DNA of 64,000 bases from Escherichia phage BYEP02. The position numbers and the translations under genes were made by a program. The notes under the pieces are model-generated. The model saw only the letters and a program-made list of their open reading frames with translations. It had not been told where the DNA came from and searched no databases. Shown here one piece after another: positions 1-10,530 of this stretch. Position 1 is the first letter of the stretch. Each line of letters opens with the position of its first letter. The stretch lies in the sequence record OR757454.1. One strand, given 5' to 3'.

Positions 1-2
1 AG

Positions 3-341
3 CCAGGTTGTCAAATTGGATGGGCTCATGATACTTTGCTTGAAGCAGTAGATGCTGCTCAAAAATTAGGATATAAATATGTAGAGATTGTTCAACTACC
101 ATCAGGAACAGTTATTACTCTTGAAGAGTTCAATAACATTAAACCAAACTTTTTACTTTTTGCAGGTGATAATTATTATCCTCGTGGTGGATATGCTGAT
201 TTAATCGCGAAAGCCGCTACTGAAGATGAACTTCGTGATATTATCAAAGAAAATGAAAACAAACCGATGTATGGTTCTAATCGCTTTGATTGGTGGCAAA
301 TTGTAAATGCCCATACTCATACTATTGTTGATGAAGGTTGA
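3..341 (+). CDS. hypothetical protein, 5' partial (frame open to window edge)
   Basis: Frame open from position 3, stop TGA 339-341; next gene starts 3 nt later. Confidence 0.5.
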   Translation, partial: PGCQIGWAHDTLLEAVDAAQKLGYKYVEIVQLPSGTVITLEEFNNIKPNFLLFAGDNYYPRGGYADLIAKAATEDELRDIIKENENKPMYGSNRFDWWQIVNAHTHTIVDEG

Positions 342-343
342 TA

Positions 344-631
344 ATGATTCTTTATGCTAAAGTATCATCCATTGAAAATGGATATAAATATGATCAAGAA
401 GCAGTTAAAGCCTTGATTGATGATTATGGCATTTTAACATGTTTTGAAGTTGAAAAGGTTTATGTTGACCGTTCATCTTCTCAAGTTAAATTAGTGAAGG
501 AAGACCGTAAATTTAATACAGTAAATTTTGATTTCTTTATTGAAACAGAAAAAGGTCCTCTTGAATATGATATTTTCAAGAATCCTTTGGGTCTTGAATG
601 CATCGTAAATATGTATTATCATAAATGGTAA
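344..631 (+). CDS. hypothetical protein (95 aa)
   Basis: ATG 344 just after upstream stop; ORF to TAA 629-631. Confidence 0.5.
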   Translation: MILYAKVSSIENGYKYDQEAVKALIDDYGILTCFEVEKVYVDRSSSQVKLVKEDRKFNTVNFDFFIETEKGPLEYDIFKNPLGLECIVNMYYHKW

Positions 632-782
632 ATATGCTTTAAGAATTATTTGTTATTATTAACTCATATCGCACTGATTAATACCCTCTATCATCAAGGG
701 TTCTTTAAATATGCTTTAAGAATTATTTGTTATTATTAACTCATACCGCACTGATTAATACCCTCTATCATCAAGGGTTCTT
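629..782. repeat. 77-bp tandem duplication (629-705 / 706-782), 1 mismatch, intergenic
   Basis: Two adjacent near-identical 77-nt units read directly. Confidence 0.9.
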
Positions 783-818
783 GTTTGAGAGCCTTTGTTA
801 ATAATTGGGAATCATATT

Positions 819-1427
819 ATGGATACTAAATTAGCTGAAATTTTTGAAGGAAAACATCCAAATTTTAGTACAGGAAAGCTGAAAGATAAAATAATAAAAG
901 AAAATATTTTTCCATATGAGTGTGCAATTTGTAAAATTTCAAAATGGCAAAATAAGCATATTGTTCTGCAATTAGACCATATTGACGGAAATAACAAAAA
1001 TCATCTTAAATCAAATTTAAGATTATTATGTCCAAATTGCCATTCGCAAACTGATACTTTTGCTGGTAAAAATATTAAAAATAATAAAAAGCGTTATAAT
1101 GTTAGTGATGAAGAAATTTTAAACGCATTATTAAATTCTGCTACTATATCATCTGCAATTACTTCATTAGGTTTAAGTAAAGGCGGAAACTATAAAAGAT
1201 TCATTAAAATTGCTAATGATAATAAATTATATCATTTACTGGTAAATATTAATGAAAACATTTTAACTGATGAAATTTACGAAGAATTAGTTAAAATTGA
1301 TTATTCTAAATTTGGATGGGTTAGTAAAGCTGCTAAAATAATAGGTATAAGCCCACAAAAAGCTAGAAAATGGATAGAACGAAAGTGTCCAGAATTGATA
1401 GAACAATCTTTTTCACGTAATAAATAA
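819..1427 (+). CDS. HNH-family homing-type endonuclease
   Basis: HNH core in translation (LDHIDGNNKNH...LRLLCPNCH); C-terminal helix-rich segment; lies immediately 5' of tRNA cluster. Confidence 0.7.
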   Translation: MDTKLAEIFEGKHPNFSTGKLKDKIIKENIFPYECAICKISKWQNKHIVLQLDHIDGNNKNHLKSNLRLLCPNCHSQTDTFAGKNIKNNKKRYNVSDEEILNALLNSATISSAITSLGLSKGGNYKRFIKIANDNKLYHLLVNINENILTDEIYEELVKIDYSKFGWVSKAAKIIGISPQKARKWIERKCPELIEQSFSRNK

Positions 1428-1433
1428 TATAGA

Positions 1434-1520
1434 GCGAGAATGGTCAAATTGGTAAAGGCACAGCACTTAAAATGCTGCGGAATGATTTCCTTGTGGGTTC
1501 GAGTCCCACTTCTCGCACCA
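1434..1520 (+). tRNA. tRNA-Leu (anticodon TAA), long variable arm, CCA encoded
   Basis: Acceptor gcgagaa/ttctcgc, anticodon loop ctTAAaa, T-arm gggttcgagtccc. Confidence 0.85.
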
Positions 1521-1525
1521 AATTT

Positions 1526-1752
<227 letters not shown>

Positions 1753-1762
1753 TATGGAGACT

Positions 1763-1852
1763 GGAGGCGTGGCAGAGTGGTTTAATGCACCGGTCTTGAA
1801 AACCGGCAGTCGCTCCGGCGACTCATAGGTTCAAATCCTATCGCCTCCGCCA
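1763..1852 (+). tRNA. tRNA-Ser (anticodon TGA), class II long variable arm
   Basis: Acceptor ggaggcg/cgcctcc, anticodon loop ctTGAaa. Confidence 0.85.
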
Positions 1853-1962
1853 GTTTTGCTGATTTAGCTCAGTAGGTAGAGCACAGTCGCTCCGGCGACT
1901 CATAGGTTCAAATCCTATCGCCTCCGCCAGTTTTTGCTGATTTAGCTCAGTAGGTAGAGCAC
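1808..1962. repeat. 77/78-bp tandem duplication (1808-1884 / 1885-1962) across the Ser-Thr junction, one 1-nt indel
   Basis: 3' part of tRNA-Ser plus spacer plus 5' part of tRNA-Thr repeated. Confidence 0.9.
1858..1929 (+). pseudogene. chimeric tRNA-like element: tRNA-Thr 5' half fused to tRNA-Ser 3' half
   Basis: Thr acceptor/D-arm (gctgatttagctcag...) followed by Ser variable arm/T-arm/acceptor at the duplication junction. Confidence 0.7.
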
Positions 1963-2011
1963 CTCACTTGTAATGAGGACGTCGGCGGTTCGATTCCGTC
2001 AATCAGCACCA
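1936..2011 (+). tRNA. tRNA-Thr (anticodon TGT)
   Basis: Acceptor gctgatt/aatcagc, anticodon loop ctTGTaa, CCA encoded. Confidence 0.85.
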
Positions 2012-2012
2012 A

Positions 2013-2087
2013 GGCCCTGTAGCTGGAAGGTTCAAGCAAGCGACTCATAATCGCCAGATGGTGGTTCAATTCCACCCAGGGCCACCA
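2013..2087 (+). tRNA. tRNA-Ile/Met-type (anticodon CAT)
   Basis: Acceptor ggccctg/cagggcc, anticodon loop ctCATaa; T4 tRNA-Ile uses a CAU anticodon. Confidence 0.8.
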
Positions 2088-2096
2088 AATTAATTT

Positions 2097-2183
2097 GGGG
2101 AGTTATCCCGTAGAGGTAGCGGTGTGGACTGTAAATTCATTGTCATTGCGACTCGGGTGGTTCGACTCCACCACTCCCCACCA
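2097..2183 (+). tRNA. tRNA-Tyr (anticodon GTA), class II
   Basis: Acceptor ggggagt/actcccc, loop ctGTAaa, long variable arm, T-arm ggtggttcgactccacc. Confidence 0.7.
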
Positions 2184-2187
2184 ATTT

Positions 2188-2262
2188 GGATGTGTAGCTC
2201 AATGGCAGAGCGATCGCCTGTTAAGCGATTGGTTATAGGTTCGAATCCTATCACGTCCGCCA
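2188..2262 (+). tRNA. tRNA-Asn (anticodon GTT)
   Basis: Acceptor ggatgtg/cacgtcc, anticodon loop ctGTTaa, T-arm ataggttcgaatcctat. Confidence 0.75.
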
Positions 2263-2376
2263 AATTTGTGACAACTGTCACATTAATATCTACTTGACGC
2301 GATTATAGGGGTTGAACTGATCACTCTTCTCTTAATTTCGTGTGAAGACATCTTGATTGTTGGAGTAGGTATTAAT

Positions 2377-2452
2377 GTGGCCGTAGTTCAGTTGGTAGAA
2401 CTCGAGATTGTGATTCTCGTAGTCATGGGTTCGACTCCCATCGGTCACCCCA
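2377..2452 (+). tRNA. tRNA-His (anticodon GTG)
   Basis: Acceptor gtggccg/cggtcac, anticodon loop ttGTGat. Confidence 0.75.
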
Positions 2453-2456
2453 ATTA

Positions 2457-2532
2457 CGGGGCATAGCTCAGAAGGAAGAGCAAGGACCTTCTAAGTCCTA
2501 GGTCGTAGGTTCGATCCCTACTGCCTCGACCA
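2457..2532 (+). tRNA. tRNA-Arg (anticodon TCT)
   Basis: Acceptor cggggca/tgcctcg, anticodon loop ctTCTaa. Confidence 0.8.
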
Positions 2533-2550
2533 ATTATAAGTGAGGAAAAT

Positions 2551-2901
2551 ATGAAAGGTAATGTTTATTTAGTAGTTCATGATTTAACATTTTACTTCAA
2601 TGAATATGAAAAACATATCTCATTTCGTGAAATTAATTTACTTTATCAACATGCGGATTATATTTATATTCAAAACGAATTTGGTCATTGGCAATTTCTC
2701 AAAAATCGTTCATTTGGCTTAGATGGTTACGAATACTTTGAACGTAAAGACCTTTTAGATAAAATTCCGTTATCTACGCAATATCAAAATCACAAATCTT
2801 TATATAAATGCCGTCCAATTCGAAATGTTGAATCCGCGTATGAAGCAATTGATTTATGGCGTGAACGCCGTAAACAGATTGATGCTTTAAAAGAATATTA
2901 A
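2551..2901 (+). CDS. hypothetical protein (116 aa)
   Basis: ATG with GAGGA RBS directly after tRNA-Arg. Confidence 0.5.
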   Translation: MKGNVYLVVHDLTFYFNEYEKHISFREINLLYQHADYIYIQNEFGHWQFLKNRSFGLDGYEYFERKDLLDKIPLSTQYQNHKSLYKCRPIRNVESAYEAIDLWRERRKQIDALKEY

Positions 2902-2904
2902 GAA

Positions 2905-3160
2905 ACCGGGTCGCTACCGGTAAGTCGTCGGACTGATGTTCCCTGAGTAAGGAATTGCGTTAATAATCTTTGCGTTTATTGATGCCCTCTTACATCACAG
3001 CAGAAACGGCGCACCGAATTATCGATTCGAGGAAATATCTTTGCCGTAAGCCGAGTAGCGTTTTTGACGGAACGTTCGGATATGGTCGAGATATGGCCTT
3101 TTAAAAATATTGAGTAGCGTCAACTGCTTAATAACCGGGTTCGAATCCCGGCGTTTCGTA
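2905..3160 (+). ncRNA. possible small stable RNA(s) distal to tRNA cluster
   Basis: Non-coding GC-rich stretch with tRNA T-arm-like element (ccgggttcgaatcccgg); position matches where T4 has small stable RNAs. Confidence 0.3.
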
Positions 3161-3210
3161 CAAACACTTGCCTTAGCAGGTGGAACCCCGACAAGGTTGC
3201 CGCAAGGCTT

Positions 3211-3239
3211 AGCCCCGACCGAAAGGTTGGGGCTTTTTG
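3211..3239 (+). terminator. intrinsic terminator, 10-bp stem, GAAA loop, T-tract
   Basis: agccccgacc-gaaa-ggttggggct followed by ttttt. Confidence 0.7.
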
Positions 3240-3291
3240 GTATAACACTTGCCTTAGCAGGTGGAACCCCGACAAGGTTGCCGCAAGGCTT

Positions 3292-3320
3292 AGCCCCAGC
3301 CGAAAGGTTGGGGCTTTTTA
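3292..3320 (+). terminator. intrinsic terminator (second repeat unit)
   Basis: agccccagcc-gaaa-ggttggggct followed by tttt. Confidence 0.7.
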
Positions 3321-3321
3321 G

Positions 3322-3329
3322 TATAAATA
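3322..3329 (+). promoter_or_regulatory. T4-type late promoter TATAAATA
   Basis: Exact TATAAATA ~37 nt upstream of ATG 3366. Confidence 0.55.
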
Positions 3330-3365
3330 AGTATATTAAATCTACAAATTAAAACAGGAAATAAG

Positions 3366-3839
3366 ATGAAATCATATGCTCAATTTTTAAATGAAGCGGT
3401 GTTAAATGAAGCATCTAGCACTGAAATTCAAGCTGTTGCAAAAGCTGCCATTGCCGCGGGTAAATATTCCTATAAAGATGCTTCCGATGAATCACGATTC
3501 CAATTTGCTCGTGATATGAAAGCCGAAGGATTTACAGGGAATGCAGTTAGTATGGCTTGGAAAAGTTTAGTTGCTACTGGAGCTGCTTTTGCAAAGGCTT
3601 CAGGTAAACCTGCTCCTAAGGCTGACCCTAAAGCAGCACAAGAAAAAAATATTGCTAAAGGAATTATCTCTAGGTATGAAGCAATTCTTAAAGAACTTTT
3701 GATAATTAAGACCGAAGGCCAGAAACTTGCGCGTGCTTATAGTTTCAAAGATAATCCACATGCTCATGACCTAGAGTATGTTGAAGACCTCCAAAAAATC
3801 ATCAAAGACCGCATTTGGTCTGCTAAACAAATCAAATAA
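3366..3839 (+). CDS. internal head protein (IP-like) with N-terminal capsid targeting sequence
   Basis: N-terminus MKSYAQFLNEAVLNEASSTE resembles T4 IP targeting sequences; flanked by repeated terminators. Confidence 0.65.
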   Translation: MKSYAQFLNEAVLNEASSTEIQAVAKAAIAAGKYSYKDASDESRFQFARDMKAEGFTGNAVSMAWKSLVATGAAFAKASGKPAPKADPKAAQEKNIAKGIISRYEAILKELLIIKTEGQKLARAYSFKDNPHAHDLEYVEDLQKIIKDRIWSAKQIK

Positions 3840-3846
3840 CATTCTT

Positions 3847-3875
3847 AGCCCCGACCAAAAGGTTGGGGCTTTTTG
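3847..3875 (+). terminator. intrinsic terminator, third copy of the agcccc...ggggct hairpin
   Basis: agccccgacc-aaaa-ggttggggct followed by tttt. Confidence 0.7.
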
Positions 3876-4007
3876 GTATCTAGGCCTTTCCGGGCCTCTC
3901 TAGGCATCATTTAGTTTATACCCTTTATAATATATTATCCTACCTTTTAATTGCCCCTCCTGACCCTAGAATTCCCTAAAACTTTTTAAAAATTTTTTCA
4001 CAAAACT

Positions 4008-4037
4008 GTTTACATCCCTGTTCTTCCATGGTACTAT
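4008..4037 (+). promoter_or_regulatory. T4 early-type promoter (GTTTAC, 18 nt, TACTAT)
   Basis: Upstream A/T tract, -35 gtttac, -10 tactat; same architecture recurs across the window. Confidence 0.6.
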
Positions 4038-4080
4038 ACAACTATCAACTACTGATACAGAAAATAACTTGGAGAATGAA

Positions 4081-4421
4081 ATGGATAATTACGGCGAACT
4101 GTTCAACTTCTTTATGAAATGCGTTTCAGAAGATTTCGGTCGTACAGTGAATGATATTAAAGTCATCGGTCCTGACCATCCAACTTCTTTATGAAATGTG
4201 TTTCAGAAGATTTTGGTCGTACAGTGAATGATATTAAAGTTATCGGTCCTGATCATCCGATGTTTGAAACTTACGCAGTAATGGGTAATGAAGATGGTCA
4301 GTGGTATACTGTAAAGGTTGTGATTAACATGTTCACTGCTGAAGGTTATGTTAAACTGTCTTCTAAAGTTTACCATGATAACGATGAAATCGCAGAAGAA
4401 TATTTCAATAATATGAAATAA
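4081..4421 (+). CDS. hypothetical small protein, frameshifted by a 77-bp duplication
   Basis: ATG 4081; copy 1 gives premature stop; intact sub-ORF 4191-4421. Confidence 0.5.
4104..4257. repeat. 77-bp tandem duplication (4104-4180 / 4181-4257), 4 C/T mismatches
   Basis: Read directly; offset 77. Confidence 0.9.
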
Positions 4422-4451
4422 GTTTACACAGGCTCATGATTGAGATATTAT
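4422..4451 (+). promoter_or_regulatory. T4 early-type promoter (GTTTAC, 18 nt, TATTAT)
   Basis: Motif spacing as at other early promoters. Confidence 0.55.
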
Positions 4452-4477
4452 GAGCCTATAACTTTGAGGAGAACATT

Positions 4478-4813
4478 ATGAAACGTAACTTTAGTAAAGC
4501 TTTTTGTAATAGAAATTATTATCCTGAAGAGCTTTTTGAATCTAAGGACTTTAAAGAGTTTAACGAACGTTCTCAAAACATGCCTGTACAATGGGTGTTA
4601 GATTATGCCAAACGTATCTTTGAAGGTGTACGTTGGTTCAGTCCTGATGATGAAGCCCCATATTTTCAAAGGGCATGGTCTATAGTCAATCAAGCTTATA
4701 TTGATGCTTTAGAAAATATTAATATTATGGATGATGATGATGCTTTGTTAATCATCGATGAGTCTATTAATAGTAGTATCGATAAATTTATTGATGAATT
4801 GGACGAAGAATAA
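4478..4813 (+). CDS. hypothetical acidic protein (111 aa)
   Basis: ORF with RBS; acidic C-terminus. Confidence 0.5.
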   Translation: MKRNFSKAFCNRNYYPEELFESKDFKEFNERSQNMPVQWVLDYAKRIFEGVRWFSPDDEAPYFQRAWSIVNQAYIDALENINIMDDDDALLIIDESINSSIDKFIDELDEE

Positions 4814-4843
4814 GTTTACAAACTCTTGGGAGTAGAGTATAAT
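4814..4843 (+). promoter_or_regulatory. T4 early-type promoter (GTTTAC, 18 nt, TATAAT)
   Basis: Consensus -35/-10. Confidence 0.55.
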
Positions 4844-4888
4844 ACTCCCACGGATTATAAAAACCCTTAATTAACTAAAGGAAATGCT

Positions 4889-5482
4889 ATGAACATGCTG
4901 AAGAAAATTGTTGAGTTTATTCGCACTAAACTTGGTTCTGCTATGGCTAAAAATTTATCTGTTGAAGAACAGTATACTGCTGCGGCAGCAAAACTACTTG
5001 ATAAGATTAAAGATCTAAAAACTGCTTCTGTTAAATCTATTAATGAAGAAAAACGTATTCGTGAACTTATTGTCGAAAAGAATCGACAGGCCGAATCAAA
5101 AGAGCGTGAAATTCGCAAGCTTCTTTCTGAAGGTCAAGATGTAACAATGCATGCTAAACTCGGCTTGCTATATCGTCGAACAGCTGAACAGTTGACTACT
5201 AAAGCTGATGGTTATGCTGAAATGCGAATTGAAATCGCCAAGAAAGTAGTTGAATTGGATGATGCTCGCCAAGAACTTGCAGTTAAATTGGAATATATCC
5301 GTGAAACTCGTGCAGCAAATGCCCTTGGAATTAGTACTGCTGATGATGTAGTTGAAATTGCAGCGCTAACTAAAGTTGATATTGAAGATACTCTCGCCCG
5401 AGTTGAAACCTTTAATGGTAATATTTCTGGGGTTGAAACTACCTCTGCCGATGTTCAGGAATATATTAATTCTCTGAAATAA
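4889..5482 (+). CDS. coiled-coil protein (197 aa), loosely PspA/IM30-like
   Basis: Heptad-rich, charged helical sequence; assignment by composition only. Confidence 0.5.
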   Translation: MNMLKKIVEFIRTKLGSAMAKNLSVEEQYTAAAAKLLDKIKDLKTASVKSINEEKRIRELIVEKNRQAESKEREIRKLLSEGQDVTMHAKLGLLYRRTAEQLTTKADGYAEMRIEIAKKVVELDDARQELAVKLEYIRETRAANALGISTADDVVEIAALTKVDIEDTLARVETFNGNISGVETTSADVQEYINSLK

Positions 5483-5487
5483 TGATA

Positions 5488-5510
5488 AGGGGCTTCGGCC
5501 CCTATTACTT
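5488..5510 (+). terminator. intrinsic terminator, UUCG tetraloop hairpin
   Basis: aggggcttcggcccct. Confidence 0.65.
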
Positions 5511-5523
5511 GGAGTAAGTAGGA

Positions 5524-6132
5524 ATGAAAATGCAAAGTGATTTCAATTCAATGTTTGAAGAGTTCCAAAGACAGGTTGATGTTCCAGATCAATTATTAAA
5601 TGCTCTTAAACGTATGGCAGAAGGACGTAATTATTATTGGGGTTCTTCATATGAAACTGATGAAAGTCTTTCTAGAGGATTTTCTAGAGGTAAAAAGTCT
5701 TTAATACGTCCTGGAATACTTATTAACAGTATTGAATCAATTCATTTATTAACATGCGATTTTGACGTTGAATTTACTGATTTTGTTTCTCCTGAATGGA
5801 CGGTCTGTTATTTAAACGACGATTATGATTATCTTGGCGTTTATAGTTTAAGTGATGCACGGTTTAAACGTAATTTACAAAAGTCAAATTTATTTTATAT
5901 TGATACTACTGTAAAATTTCAGGGCAAGAAATATTTCTTTACTCTTATAGTTGATTCTGAAACGAAGCATGAAAATAAACGTATTCTTAGTAAAAAGAAT
6001 ATCTTGAATATTGTTGATGATCTTTTTGATAAATTCGTAGAAAATCTCAATTTTGAAAGCGATTTATTATTAGAAAAATTTGTTAAGGAATGTAGAGAAT
6101 ATGTCAAAGCCATCAATGTATCTTCCAAGTAA
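5524..6132 (+). CDS. hypothetical protein (202 aa)
   Basis: ORF with upstream GGAG. Confidence 0.5.
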   Translation: MKMQSDFNSMFEEFQRQVDVPDQLLNALKRMAEGRNYYWGSSYETDESLSRGFSRGKKSLIRPGILINSIESIHLLTCDFDVEFTDFVSPEWTVCYLNDDYDYLGVYSLSDARFKRNLQKSNLFYIDTTVKFQGKKYFFTLIVDSETKHENKRILSKKNILNIVDDLFDKFVENLNFESDLLLEKFVKECREYVKAINVSSK

Positions 6133-6463
6133 ACCGTTGAAGTATGAATTAAAGCGCCAGCTAATTTCTACTGATGTATTAATAGGTCCTGTAATAGCTG
6201 TATCATTTGTAATTCTACTGGGGGTTGGAATAGTTATAGATGTTATGACTGATATTGAATCTAATATAATATTTGCGTCAACATTAATTCTTCCAATGAT
6301 AGTTCCATTTTTATTAGTACCTGTAAATTGGGTAGGATACTGGTATCAAGGAAGACATTATCGTAAACGTGTACGTGAATGGAAAGCTCAGTGTAAAAAG
6401 ATTAAAAAGGAACACCAGCTTAAACTTGCTGCGTATGAATTTGATGAAATTATGAAATTATGA
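6101..6463 (+). CDS. small membrane protein (2 predicted TM segments)
   Basis: ATG 6101; hydrophobic core, basic C-terminus. Confidence 0.5.
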   Translation: MSKPSMYLPSKPLKYELKRQLISTDVLIGPVIAVSFVILLGVGIVIDVMTDIESNIIFASTLILPMIVPFLLVPVNWVGYWYQGRHYRKRVREWKAQCKKIKKEHQLKLAAYEFDEIMKL

Positions 6464-6482
6464 AATTTGTTAAGGAATCACG

Positions 6483-6922
6483 ATGCAAAAGCCAAAACTA
6501 AATAAAGTCAAATATTCGCTTCCTGAGTCATTTTTAATTTTTGCTGTGGCGTTGGCTGTAGCTCTTGCTGGTAGTCTTATTGGATTAATGATTGACTGTA
6601 TTATTTTAAACATCGATGGCACAGTAATTATAACAGATGTTTGGAGTGAACTTCGTTTTACTATAGCGATTTCATTATTTTCATTCTTTGGTACCATGTT
6701 ATATTTTCATTATGATAATTTTAAAATAAATTGGCAAAGAAAAAAGGATTACAAAATACAATTAAAAGAATATAATAATATTTTCATTATGATAATTTTA
6801 AAATAAATTGGCAAAGAAAAAAGGATTACAAAATACAATTAAAAGAATATAATAACTACATGTCTTATATTGAAAATGAATCAATGGAAGAGTTTGTGAG
6901 TGATTGTAGGAAAATTAAATGA
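6483..6922 (+). CDS. membrane protein, frameshifted by a 77-bp duplication
   Basis: Frame from ATG 6483 restored after removing 77 nt (121 codons). Confidence 0.5.
6704..6857. repeat. 77-bp tandem duplication (6704-6780 / 6781-6857), 1 mismatch
   Basis: Read directly. Confidence 0.9.
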
Positions 6923-7403
6923 TTTTAAAAACTCGCTGGTATGATTTAGATGATGGGGATGATGGCATTTCAGTTGATAGAGTTGACTGGAATGGTTGTT
7001 CCGAAGATATGAAAAATTTGTTGATTAGGGAGTTTAGAATGGGATATCAACCAGTTAAGCCATCTACTATAACAGATGATAAGTTCGTATGTATTCATAA
7101 TGGTCGCGCTAAGTTAACGAACGCTAATTGGTTCACAGATAAAATTATGATTCTGTGGTACATTATTAGTTTTCCTGTGACATCATTTGTATTTTGCTTC
7201 TTTGGAGAAAGTCCAGTAGGCAGAACGGAAGATTGGATTCTTTTAATTATACTTGTTAATATTTTTACAGCAGCAATATTATCTGGGATATGGTACACGT
7301 TCATTGAAATGCCATGGCGGCTACGCAGACAACAAAAGATTTTTGATGAAAAGAAATACACTCAAAATTTAAATAACTTTATCACTGAATGCAGGAAATT
7401 AAA

Positions 7404-7407
<4 letters not shown>
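6919..7407 (+). CDS. membrane protein (162 aa)
   Basis: ATG overlapping upstream stop; hydrophobic segments. Confidence 0.5.
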
Positions 7408-8802
<1,395 letters not shown>

Positions 8803-8803
8803 T

Positions 8804-8833
8804 GTTTACTTCCTCCAAGGACTTTGATACTAT
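8804..8833 (+). promoter_or_regulatory. T4 early-type promoter (GTTTAC, 18 nt, TACTAT)
   Basis: Consensus motifs upstream of denV. Confidence 0.55.
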
Positions 8834-8860
8834 ACATTCATCAACTACTTGGAGGAAATT

Positions 8861-9277
8861 ATGACTCGTATCAATTTAACACTTGTTTCTGAACTGACCG
8901 ACCAACATCTTATGGCTGAGTATCGTGAATTGCCGCGTGTTTTTGGTATAGTTCGTAAACATGTGGCAAATGGTAAGCGGGTTAAAGATTTTAAAATATC
9001 TTCCGAGTTTATTTTAGGCTCTGGTCATGTTAAGTTCTTTTACGATAAGTTAGAATTTTTGCGAAAGCGTCAATCAGACATTATAACGGAATGCTTAAAA
9101 CGTGGGTTTAGTATAAAAGATACTGAAGTTCCTGACATCAGCGATATTCCAGCAGAATGGAAAAATGATTATAATCCATGCAAATCAGCTATTAAATTGA
9201 GTCAACAACGACTCGATGAAAAAATTTTAATGAAGCCACACTGGTACAAGTATTACGGCAAAAATATTTACATTTAA
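8861..9277 (+). CDS. denV: endonuclease V (pyrimidine-dimer DNA glycosylase)
   Basis: Translation [29 protein letters not shown]... matches T4 endonuclease V. Confidence 0.95.
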   Translation: MTRINLTLVSELTDQHLMAEYRELPRVFGIVRKHVANGKRVKDFKISSEFILGSGHVKFFYDKLEFLRKRQSDIITECLKRGFSIKDTEVPDISDIPAEWKNDYNPCKSAIKLSQQRLDEKILMKPHWYKYYGKNIYI

Positions 9278-9286
9278 AGGAAACAT

Positions 9287-9760
9287 ATGAAAACATATCA
9301 AGAATTTATCACTGAAGCAGCTATTAATTCTCAAATTATTGCTGAATCTTTTACTGATCTTTTGAAATTTAAAAAAGGTCAAAAAATTACTGCTGTATTG
9401 GATGATGGTACAGAAGTTGAGATGGATGTACAGGGATATAATTATGCAGTAGATGGAAAACTGTATAATAAATCCCATGCTAAATTTGATTCATTTGACG
9501 ACTTTGTTAATACAGTTGAAGATGAAAAAACTCGTAGATCAATTTCAACTGGTGATGCTAAGGTTCTTATGGCACACGGTCATGAACGTATTCGCGCTAA
9601 ACAGAATAAAATGGGTGAAGATAATTTCGCATTAGTTGGTTATCAATCTGGTAAACAAACTTATGGCTATCAGCGTACTGCTACCATGTATAATAAAAAT
9701 GGTAAAATCGCTTTCGTGAATAGTAAAGGTTCTATTCAGTACGTCAAATCATTCAAATAA
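9287..9760 (+). CDS. internal head protein (IP-like) with capsid targeting sequence
   Basis: N-terminus MKTYQEFITEAAINSQIIAE is the T4 IP-type targeting sequence. Confidence 0.65.
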   Translation: MKTYQEFITEAAINSQIIAESFTDLLKFKKGQKITAVLDDGTEVEMDVQGYNYAVDGKLYNKSHAKFDSFDDFVNTVEDEKTRRSISTGDAKVLMAHGHERIRAKQNKMGEDNFALVGYQSGKQTYGYQRTATMYNKNGKIAFVNSKGSIQYVKSFK

Positions 9761-9865
9761 GCAAATAAGAAATATGGGAACAAGCTGGACCTCATGATTC
9801 TGTGAGGGATTCCCGCCAACCTGTAATAAGGTCGAGCCCAAGTGCGGTAATGGGTAAATACAGAA

Positions 9866-10530
9866 ATGGACAATTCATGCGCCATGGAATGGCCCAAATT
9901 TAGAGAGAATAAAATGAGAACATTTTTAACTGGACCTTATCTATCCCTGATGAATGCTTTTACACACCATTCTGATGCTAGAGTAGAAGAAATTTGTAAA
10001 AACGATTATATCCCACCATTTGAAGACTTACTCAAACAGTATTGCACACTTCGACTAGATGGTGGACGTCAATCCGGTAAATCAACTGCCCGCCATTTGA
10101 AGAATTACTTAAACAGTACTGCACACTTCGACTAGATGGTGGACGTCAATCTGGTAAATCAATTGCTGTGACTAACTTTGCTGCTAATTGGTTGTATGAT
10201 GGCGGAACAGTTATTGTTCTTTCTAATACTTCAGCTTACGCTAAAATTTCTGCAAATAACATTAAAAAGGAATTTTCGCGTTATTCTAATGATGATATAC
10301 GTTTTCGTTTATTTACTGATTCTGTGCGCAGTTTTATTGGTAATAAAGGAAGCAAGTTCAGAGGTTTATCGCTTTCGCGAATTTTGTATATAATCGATGA
10401 GCCTGTTAAATCTCCTGATATGGATAAAATTTACGATATTCATATTGAAACTGTGCACCACTGTTGCAATAGTAAATGCTGCATTGGTGGTATTACTCGT
10501 CCACAGTTTTTCATAATCGGAATGCAATGA
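9866..10530 (+). CDS. P-loop protein (GGRQSGKS), frameshifted by a 77-bp duplication; true start may be ATG 9914
   Basis: Walker-A-like GGRQSGKS duplicated with the repeat; frame restored on removing 77 nt. Confidence 0.45.
10018..10171. repeat. 77-bp tandem duplication (10018-10094 / 10095-10171), 5 mismatches
   Basis: Read directly. Confidence 0.9.

Larger units (their letters stand above)
3163..3324. repeat. 81-bp tandem direct repeat (3163-3243 / 3244-3324), 3 differences, each unit ending in a terminator hairpin
   Basis: Period 81, not 77; covariant hairpin change (ga to ag) keeps pairing. Confidence 0.85.

Noticed and set aside
2090-2281. Minus-strand 63-aa ORF over tRNA-Tyr and tRNA-Asn
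   Set aside because: Antisense to two well-formed tRNAs; no RBS.
2263-2376. An additional tRNA in the gap between tRNA-Asn and tRNA-His
   Set aside because: I could not find an acceptor stem with a matching T-arm; only a short imperfect palindrome.
3110-3352. Plus-strand 80-aa ORF spanning the 81-bp tandem repeat
   Set aside because: Its translation is an exact repeat of terminator-hairpin sequence; it starts inside non-coding structured RNA and has no RBS.
10178-10393. Overlapping 71-aa ORF in an alternative frame of the P-loop gene
   Set aside because: Fully nested inside a longer ORF with better start context; low-complexity hydrophobic translation.
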